Virus record (IMG/VR): IMGVR_UViG_3300010413_000034
Coordinates: 1 to 58,221 of that record
Source: a virus
Taxonomy: Duplodnaviria > Caudoviricetes
Strand: one strand, 5' to 3'
DNA: 58,221 nt
The translations under genes were made by a program, and so were the position numbers. The notes under the pieces are model-generated. The model was not told the origin of the DNA, did no database searches, and saw only the letters and a list, made by a program, of their open reading frames with translations. Each line of letters starts with the position of its first letter. Positions within the stretch are counted from its first letter, which is position 1. Below, one piece after another: positions 48,373 through 55,192 of the stretch.

Positions 48373-51300
48373 TATCTAATCTCCAATTTTCTATTAGCTC
48401 CAATTAGTCGTGTAAATTTTACATCTAAAATTTTTGCTTTTCTATTATCATAAATTAATTCTGAGCTTCTTTGACTAGGAACAACAGCTAAGTCTTGTAT
48501 CCCATTAATAATACTTGGACCAGAATTAATATTGCCTTCACCAGTTATAACTCTTAGAGCTACACCTGTAATAGTACTATATACTGTTGTACTGCCACTT
48601 ACCTCAATTGTTGATGGAACTCTACCCGCTATTGTGCTAGATGTAATTATTGAGCCAGCAGATTCTATTATTCTAGTAGCCGATCCAGCAATAGTAGAAA
48701 TTGTTGGTATTGCTCCAGATGCAACTATAATAGTTCCAGATTGTACAATACCAGAAATTGCAGATATTGTTGTTATAGCACCAGCTGCATCGAATACTCT
48801 ACTAACAGATCCAGCAATACTAGAAGCTGTAGTTATACTACCTTCAACTCCTAAGCTTTTGGTTGCAGATCCAGAAATATTAGCAGTTATTGGATTCGAA
48901 ATACGTAAATAATCAACTTGACTCTGATCAGATTGAGTAGCGTGTATATATCCTGTTTGTGAAGGATTACCCCCACTAAATATTCTACCTCTATGAATCC
49001 CTGGAGAAGTGATAACTGTACTTGGGGAGCCTGCTACATATAAAACAATTCCACCAGTAACAGAATTAATTTTTATGTCAAATTCAAGCCATGTATTAGT
49101 TGGAATTTGATCAACATATGCAGAAAATAGTACACCAAGCCCAGTTCCATCATAGGTAACTACTCCATTACTAAAAGTAAATCCGGATGCTCCTATATCA
49201 TTCCAGTTAGATGCATGAAGCATTTCAGAACCACGAATTAAGTTTCCAACCCCAATAGTTCCGTGTTTTCCTGCACCGGATAAGCTAGAAGATGCAACTA
49301 TTGATCCACTTGCTTCTAATACTCTTTCTGCTATACCATTAATGCTGGAACTTGTAGTTATCGTTCCGCTACCATCGAATAATCTATTAGCTATACCAGC
49401 GATACTCGAAGTGGTAGTTATTGATCCACTAGCAGTATGTGTTTGTATTCTATCTGCAGTACCTGCAATACTTGATATAGTAGTTATTGAACCAGTTGCT
49501 GATTTTACATTATCTTTTTCAGCAGTACCAGTAATACTAGAAGTTGTAGTTATTAAACCACTAGCAGTATGCGTTTGTATTCTATCTGCTGTTCCCGCAA
49601 TACTTGATGTAGTAGTTATTGACCCACTAACAGTATGTGTTTGTATTCTATCCGCAGTACCGGCAATACTTGATATTGTAGTTATTGAACCAGTTGCTGT
49701 TTTTGCTCCAACTTTTTCGGCTGTTCCAGCAATACTTGATGTAGTAGTTATTGAACCACTAGCAGTATGTGTTTGTATTCTATCTGCGGCACCAGTAATA
49801 CTTGATATTGTAGTTATTGATCCAGTAACTACAGCAACTTTTTCAGCAGTACCAGTAATACTTGATGTAGTAGTTATTGATCCACTAACAGTATGTGTTT
49901 GTATTCTATCTGCTGTTCCAGCAATACTAGAAGTTGTAGTTATTGAACCAGTTGCTGTTTTTGCACCAACTTTTTCAGCAGTACCAGTAATACTTGATGT
50001 AGTAGTTATTGACCCACTAACAGTATGTGTTTGTATTCTATCTGCTATACCTACAATGCTTGATGTTGTTGGTATATTACCTGATGCAGTTACTATTGTA
50101 TATGCATCTACTGTACCACTAATTGTTGCGGAAGTAGAAACCCCAATTACTTCTTTTACGGTTAGATCTGGTATCGTCAGCGTTCCGCCGCTTATACCTG
50201 TGAACGAAATATAAATTCCGTCGTAACCACTCAGGTCGGTCAGCTTCCAGACTGCCGTCTTTGTTCCGGTGTGATGGGAGTTAAACGCCGGGACTAGATT
50301 GTTTCCAATCCAGAGCTGGCCTATCTGCGCGATACCTGTGCGAGAAACATTATGAAGTGTAATCTCATACGTTTTGCCAACCTGCAGACCAGCCGGATCG
50401 GGATAGGAGTCTATGTACCTGCCGCCAGTCGTTATCGTCGCATGTATGGAACTACTAACAGCCGAGTTGACTGTTACACCTACCGAGGTTGTCCAGCTTG
50501 CTGAAGTATCATTTTCCGCAGTCGTTACATTACAATTAGGATCAGATAATAATTCTACATCTGAAGTACAGGTAGCAATTACTATTCTATCTGCTGTACC
50601 TGATATACTTGATGTTGTTGGTATATTACCTGATGCAGTTATTATTGTATATGCATCTACATCACCGGATATACTTGCTGTTGTTGGTACATTACCCGAT
50701 GCAGTTACTATTGTATATGCATCTACATCACCGGATATACTTGATGTTGTTGGTATTGCTCCACTTACATCTACAATATTACCTACTGAAGCACTTCCTG
50801 TAATACTTGATGTTGCAGTTATTGAACCACTAGCAGTATGCGTTTGTATTCTATCTGCTGTTCCGGCAATAGTACTTTCTGGCAGCTCAGTAATTCTAAA
50901 ATAATCAAGAGTTATTGTCCAAGTATTATTGGCACCATTAAATAACGTATTTGCCGGTGTATCTCCGGCGGATGCAATCCACTTGTAAGTTCCTGGAGTA
51001 TCAACCCATGGCAGACCAGCCCATATTCCAGCTATAATAGGTCCCCATAAAGTTCCGGTAACAGCATCTACTTTAACTTCTACTTCATACAGTTTACCTT
51101 GAACAAGCGGAGGAGCTGTAGTTGGAAGTAGTTGAGATGCACCAGTACCGTCATACGATATAGTACCTCCACTAATAGTCCATCCAGTTGTTAAATTCCA
51201 GCGACTAGGTTGTAGAAACTCAGGATCTAATAACATGCCACCATTGGCTGTTATAATACGTGTTCCAGTACTAGTAATACTAGAAGTTGTAGTTATTGAA

Positions 51301-53093
51301 CCACTAGCAGTATGCGTTTGTATTCTATCTGCTGTGCCGGCAATACTTGATGTTGTTGGTATATTACCACTTGCTGTTACTTCTGTATATGCATCTACGT
51401 CACCATTAATAGCTGATGTTGTTGGTATATTACCACTTGCTGTTACTTCTGTATATGCATCTACATCACCATTAATAGCTGATGTTGTTGGTATATTACC
51501 ACTTGCTGTTACTTCTGTATATGCATCTACATCACCATTAATAGCTGATGTAGTAAGTATTGCTCCGCTTGCATTACGTATTGTAGGTCCAGTTACCTTT
51601 TCGGCTGTACCTGCAATAGTAGAAGTTCCTATAGGTCCAGGATTGAGTACTTCTATTGTACAATCGGTTAATGGATCATATGATGTCCAAAACGATGCTA
51701 AGCTTCCTGTATTGAAGTTATCATCATCTATTCCGGTTGAACCAGCACCACTATTAACTTTAAAATTATCGAATAAAAATTCTCTTTCTGGTATTTCTCC
51801 AGACTGTAAAGTAAATAGCCCTATTCTAGTAGGTGTAATTGTATACGTAGATAGAGATCTTGCGCCAGAATTATTCCAGCTAGACCCATCACTTGACCAA
51901 TGAATAGTATATATATCACCAGTAAGTGTACGTACTACTTTTAGAAATCTAGTACCGCTTGGTATATTATTATTTGAGTATAATACCTCTGTATTATCTA
52001 AATTATCATCTACATATGCCGCATATAGCCTACATGTAGTAGTAGTCTGCCATTGTACTCCTATACGTAAATATTTTCCTGGTGGAGATCCTGTGCCTTC
52101 TCTAAGGGCAAACCCCCAGCCAACTAAATCTCTATCACATAAAGTTAAGCACTCTACCTGAACGTCATAATCAGCATCCGTCATATCCTGGAGGATATGT
52201 GGAGAAGTTATACTTGGAGTAAAGAAAGTGTGCTGTTGATCACCTGGCATATATATGCGAAGTAATCCACGGCCATTTGCTACTAGTACTCTATCTGATG
52301 CTCCGGATATACTGGAAGTAGTTGTTATGCTACCAGATACATTATGTGTAGTTGCTCCAACTGCTCCAGTAATAACAGGCCAAGTAGGTGTATTATTTAA
52401 TGTAAATCCAGAAGACCACTCATCTAAATCTAAACGTAATTCTATAGTGTCGTCTTCACTTACATCTGCTGATCTTACTTGAATAGAATATAAAAACTCA
52501 GTACCAGAAGATTGTAAATCTGTAGTATTTCCTCCAGCTAAACCGTCAGCCTCATCTATACCTTCATTTGGAGTTACAAATGAATATGCTGTTCCTAATC
52601 TTCTAGTAGTGTCTCCAGCATCTGTTATATTTGCAGAAGCGGTTGTTCTTACTACATTAGATGTACTGGTTACATTTGTCCAAGCTCCATAACCACCACC
52701 AGTATTTATTCTATATTGTAATCTAGGTGTTAGATTTAGGGCCTTATTACCTGAAGTTTCTTCTAAGTCTGCACGGAAAAATACAGTAGTATCATAAGCG
52801 ATAGATCCTTTAGTGGGATTAGTTGCTATACTGCCTATAATTGTAGAACCAGATTCTGTTCCATCACTATAAAAAGCCCAAGTATTACAATCTATTACAG
52901 GAGGATTAGTTGCTAAAGCCATTGGTCCTTCATACCAATAACCTTTATCAACTATTTTTACATATTCTGTTCCATTCCATTCAGATTCTGAATAGGTACT
53001 TATCCAACGGCGTTTATAAGTTTTCGGCGCGTTTATCTGCTTGGACTTTTTCATAGACATCACCAAAAACTTGTTTACTGACCATTCTACCAA
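48372..53093 (-). CDS. Ser/Thr-rich 22-aa repeat filament protein carrying four lectin/CBM-like inserts
   Basis: About 30 copies of SGSITTTSSI(A/T)GTADRIQTHTA-type repeats, interrupted by one ConA-like and three CBM-like domains. True start probably 53054 or 52922. Confidence 0.75.
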   Translation of the reverse strand: MVEWSVNKFLVMSMKKSKQINAPKTYKRRWISTYSESEWNGTEYVKIVDKGYWYEGPMALATNPPVIDCNTWAFYSDGTESGSTIIGSIATNPTKGSIAYDTTVFFRADLEETSGNKALNLTPRLQYRINTGGGYGAWTNVTSTSNVVRTTASANITDAGDTTRRLGTAYSFVTPNEGIDEADGLAGGNTTDLQSSGTEFLYSIQVRSADVSEDDTIELRLDLDEWSSGFTLNNTPTWPVITGAVGATTHNVSGSITTTSSISGASDRVLVANGRGLLRIYMPGDQQHTFFTPSITSPHILQDMTDADYDVQVECLTLCDRDLVGWGFALREGTGSPPGKYLRIGVQWQTTTTCRLYAAYVDDNLDNTEVLYSNNNIPSGTRFLKVVRTLTGDIYTIHWSSDGSSWNNSGARSLSTYTITPTRIGLFTLQSGEIPEREFLFDNFKVNSGAGSTGIDDDNFNTGSLASFWTSYDPLTDCTIEVLNPGPIGTSTIAGTAEKVTGPTIRNASGAILTTSAINGDVDAYTEVTASGNIPTTSAINGDVDAYTEVTASGNIPTTSAINGDVDAYTEVTASGNIPTTSSIAGTADRIQTHTASGSITTTSSITSTGTRIITANGGMLLDPEFLQPSRWNLTTGWTISGGTISYDGTGASQLLPTTAPPLVQGKLYEVEVKVDAVTGTLWGPIIAGIWAGLPWVDTPGTYKWIASAGDTPANTLFNGANNTWTITLDYFRITELPESTIAGTADRIQTHTASGSITATSSITGSASVGNIVDVSGAIPTTSSISGDVDAYTIVTASGNVPTTASISGDVDAYTIITASGNIPTTSSISGTADRIVIATCTSDVELLSDPNCNVTTAENDTSASWTTSVGVTVNSAVSSSIHATITTGGRYIDSYPDPAGLQVGKTYEITLHNVSRTGIAQIGQLWIGNNLVPAFNSHHTGTKTAVWKLTDLSGYDGIYISFTGISGGTLTIPDLTVKEVIGVSTSATISGTVDAYTIVTASGNIPTTSSIVGIADRIQTHTVSGSITTTSSITGTAEKVGAKTATGSITTTSSIAGTADRIQTHTVSGSITTTSSITGTAEKVAVVTGSITTISSITGAADRIQTHTASGSITTTSSIAGTAEKVGAKTATGSITTISSIAGTADRIQTHTVSGSITTTSSIAGTADRIQTHTASGLITTTSSITGTAEKDNVKSATGSITTISSIAGTADRIQTHTASGSITTTSSIAGIANRLFDGSGTITTSSSINGIAERVLEASGSIVASSSLSGAGKHGTIGVGNLIRGSEMLHASNWNDIGASGFTFSNGVVTYDGTGLGVLFSAYVDQIPTNTWLEFDIKINSVTGGIVLYVAGSPSTVITSPGIHRGRIFSGGNPSQTGYIHATQSDQSQVDYLRISNPITANISGSATKSLGVEGSITTASSIAGSVSRVFDAAGAITTISAISGIVQSGTIIVASGAIPTISTIAGSATRIIESAGSIITSSTIAGRVPSTIEVSGSTTVYSTITGVALRVITGEGNINSGPSIINGIQDLAVVPSQRSSELIYDNRKAKILDVKFTRLIGANRKLEIR
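49390..50110. repeat. degenerate ~60-66-bp coding tandem repeats
   Basis: Recurrent cagtatgtgtttgtattctatc and caatacttgat...gtagttattga units encoding the 22-aa repeat. Confidence 0.85.
51349..51546. repeat. three near-identical 66-bp tandem repeats
   Basis: Units start at 51349, 51415 and 51481 (gatgttgttggtatattaccacttgctgttacttctgtatatgcatctacRtcaccattaatagct). Confidence 0.92.
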
Positions 53094-53346
53094 CCAGCAA
53101 CTTGTTTATTTTCCTCCCATGGACTAAATAGTCAACTATATCATTCTCGTAGGAATGTAACCAAGTATCTACTAACATATAATACGGACAACCATGTACT
53201 ATTTGATAGCTTAAAGCTTTTTCTCCTGTCCTAAAGGGAACTTTTTGTAATATACAAAGAACCCCGAAAGAAGGCATATTTTCTAATCCTTGACCACTTT
53301 CCCAAGTAATACCCTCATCATAATATACTCTCCAGGAGAACTCCAT
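53014..53346 (-). CDS. hypothetical protein in the sulfotransferase island
   Basis: 110-aa ORF with AAGGA SD, immediately downstream of the sulfotransferase. Confidence 0.7.
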   Translation of the reverse strand: MEFSWRVYYDEGITWESGQGLENMPSFGVLCILQKVPFRTGEKALSYQIVHGCPYYMLVDTWLHSYENDIVDYLVHGRKINKLLVGRMVSKQVFGDVYEKVQADKRAENL

Positions 53347-53355
53347 TTTTATTCC

Positions 53356-54204
53356 TTATGCAAATAATAATTGTTGTCTACTATCTAAATATCCCATCTC
53401 TATCATCATATCTTCGTGATGTGATATTAATTTTTCTTCTTGTTCTGAAGTTAATATCTCTTTCCAATATCCAGAAGTTCCTTTACTAAAAAAGCTATCT
53501 TGAAAATCGCTTTTTTCCATAAAACCATCATTTTCTTCTTGCTTTTTAACCCTAGAAAATTCACATAGCTTTAAAGCATTTTTAACTCTCTCTTCTTCTA
53601 CAGCTAAATTTAATCCAGTTAATATCCTCGAAAAAGATTTAACTGGATTTAATAACATATCTTCATATCGTACTATAGTAACTGGGAATCTGTCATCTTC
53701 TAACCAAGATCTAACATGATTGCTCCAAGAACCAACAAAATGTACTACATTAGACTCTTCTCTATTTAATCCATAATCATTATAATTTATTAAATCTATT
53801 GATTCATCTATAGTTTTTCCCATATGTTTGGATATACTTATTACCATATCTCTAGGATCTCTAACTAAATAAACTGCTGACTTAGTTAATTCTTTTGGTA
53901 TTAAGGTTATACCATTAACTGCTTCATTTCTATTATGTGTTTTAAAGATTGTTGGATTTTTTGTAGAAGTTGCTGCTTGATTTAATAAGGCACCCGGTCT
54001 AAAAAATACTGCTGCTCCAGGCTCAAATTTATCTATTGGTAATGAGGCGCAGTTTTGATATTCAGAAACTTTAATATCGGTAATAGTTACATTTAATTTA
54101 TTTATATCTAAATAACCATCCGAGTATGCTTGCACAAATAATCTAGCCCAGGTATTTCCGGATTTTGGGTAGGATGCTAGCCAATGTACTCTTCTGACTA
54201 ACAT
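53356..54204 (-). CDS. PAPS-dependent sulfotransferase (Sulfotransfer_1 / SULT fold)
   Basis: 5'-PSB loop WLASYPKSGNTW, catalytic KTH, 3'-PB YLVRDPRDMVIS, SWSNHVRSW, VRYEDM, FF.KG..G.WK..LT. Confidence 0.92.
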   Translation of the reverse strand: MLVRRVHWLASYPKSGNTWARLFVQAYSDGYLDINKLNVTITDIKVSEYQNCASLPIDKFEPGAAVFFRPGALLNQAATSTKNPTIFKTHNRNEAVNGITLIPKELTKSAVYLVRDPRDMVISISKHMGKTIDESIDLINYNDYGLNREESNVVHFVGSWSNHVRSWLEDDRFPVTIVRYEDMLLNPVKSFSRILTGLNLAVEEERVKNALKLCEFSRVKKQEENDGFMEKSDFQDSFFSKGTSGYWKEILTSEQEEKLISHHEDMMIEMGYLDSRQQLLFA

Positions 54205-54205
54205 A

Positions 54206-54583
54206 TTAGGCTGGTGTTGTATATGTTAAACTATTTAATTTAACTACATCGCCGTTTGCTATGGTTAAACTACTTAAATTTATCTCCTGTCCAGTTACTC
54301 CGCAGGTTACTTCTAATAATTTTAGTGGTGTAGTATCACCATCATAAAAACTAGCATGCTCTATAACTCCGGCTGTGGCGCTAGTATCTGATTTTGGTAA
54401 TCCTGAAAATGTAACTACTCCTGTAGCTACTGTTCCACAAGTTGCATTAAAAGTTATAGTAGCTACTGAAGCATCTGCCGAGGTTTCAAATACTAATTTA
54501 CCTGCAGAAGCCCCATTATCTATAGCAGTTATTACAGCATTGCCTATAGCGTTACGTAGTGCTGTTTCGTGTACGTGAGCCAT
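54206..54583 (-). CDS. small Ala/Thr/Gly-rich virion structural protein
   Basis: TALRNA...AGKLVF...VTCGVTGQEINLSSLTIANGDVVKLNSLTYTTP. Strong GAGGAG SD. Composition typical of phage filament subunits. Confidence 0.65.
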   Translation of the reverse strand: MAHVHETALRNAIGNAVITAIDNGASAGKLVFETSADASVATITFNATCGTVATGVVTFSGLPKSDTSATAGVIEHASFYDGDTTPLKLLEVTCGVTGQEINLSSLTIANGDVVKLNSLTYTTPA

Positions 54584-54728
54584 TCTCTATCTCCTCTATT
54601 TCTTCGTCTGTTAAAAATTGATAAGCCCATTTTGGAATGAAGTTATCCTTAAATTTTGGTTTTCCATTTTTATCTCTAACTATTCCATATAATTGGAACT
54701 TTCCTTTTTTTGCCTTTACTTCTGGCAT
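54552..54728 (-). CDS. small 58-aa protein, absent from the ORF track
   Basis: TAATG-coupled to the terS stop. Hand translation MPEVKAKKGKFQLYGIVRDKNGKPKFKDNFIPKWAYQFLTDEEIEEIENGSRTRNSTT*. Confidence 0.7.
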   Translation of the reverse strand: MPEVKAKKGKFQLYGIVRDKNGKPKFKDNFIPKWAYQFLTDEEIEEIENGSRTRNSTT

Positions 54729-55192
54729 TATTTTTTATCTCCTGCCATTAATTTACTCAGTAGTGATCCATAATTCTCACCAAACTGTGCACCATTAATT
54801 TGTGTATTTACTTGCAGTTTAGGTGTAGTTTCCTCACGCTGCATTTGCTTTGCTTCAGACTCTCTAAATTTCATAGCTAGTGCTAGTAAATCTGCTATGT
54901 CTTTACTACTTCCTATTTCTGCTTCTTCTAATTCTTCTAATTTCTTTTCTATTATTCTATCTAATGTTGTTTGAATTTTATTTCTATTTAAATACCCTTG
55001 TTCTAAAAATACAGTATCCAGAAATCTTTTTACTTCTTTTTTAGATAAGAAATAAGCTACCCGTTCAACGGGTATTTCTAACATCTCCGCCGTTGCGGAG
55101 ATGTCATTAGTTTCTAAATATTTTGTAGCTACGGCTACCATTTCAGGTGACATTCTGTAGCTTTCTTCTGCATTTATTAGTTCTTGTGTCAT
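54728..55192 (-). CDS. terS: terminase small subunit (T5-like)
   Basis: MSPE..., EVKRFLDTVFLEQGYLNR, KKLEELEE.EIGSSKDIADLL, QVNTQIN...NYGSLLSKL. Closely follows T5 TerS as recalled. Confidence 0.88.
   Translation of the reverse strand: MTQELINAEESYRMSPEMVAVATKYLETNDISATAEMLEIPVERVAYFLSKKEVKRFLDTVFLEQGYLNRNKIQTTLDRIIEKKLEELEEAEIGSSKDIADLLALAMKFRESEAKQMQREETTPKLQVNTQINGAQFGENYGSLLSKLMAGDKK

Noticed and set aside
51349-51546. 66-bp periodicity resembling a CRISPR array
   Set aside because: The units are contiguous, near-identical, in-frame coding repeats with no unique spacers, and there are no cas genes.
48532-52482. Long + strand ORFs (e.g. 49342-50214, 51235-51903) with VVVIEPLAVCVCILSAVPA repeats
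   Set aside because: These are antisense shadows of the Ser/Thr repeat gene. The codon bias of the sense gene removes stops on the opposite strand, and they have no RBS or independent motifs.
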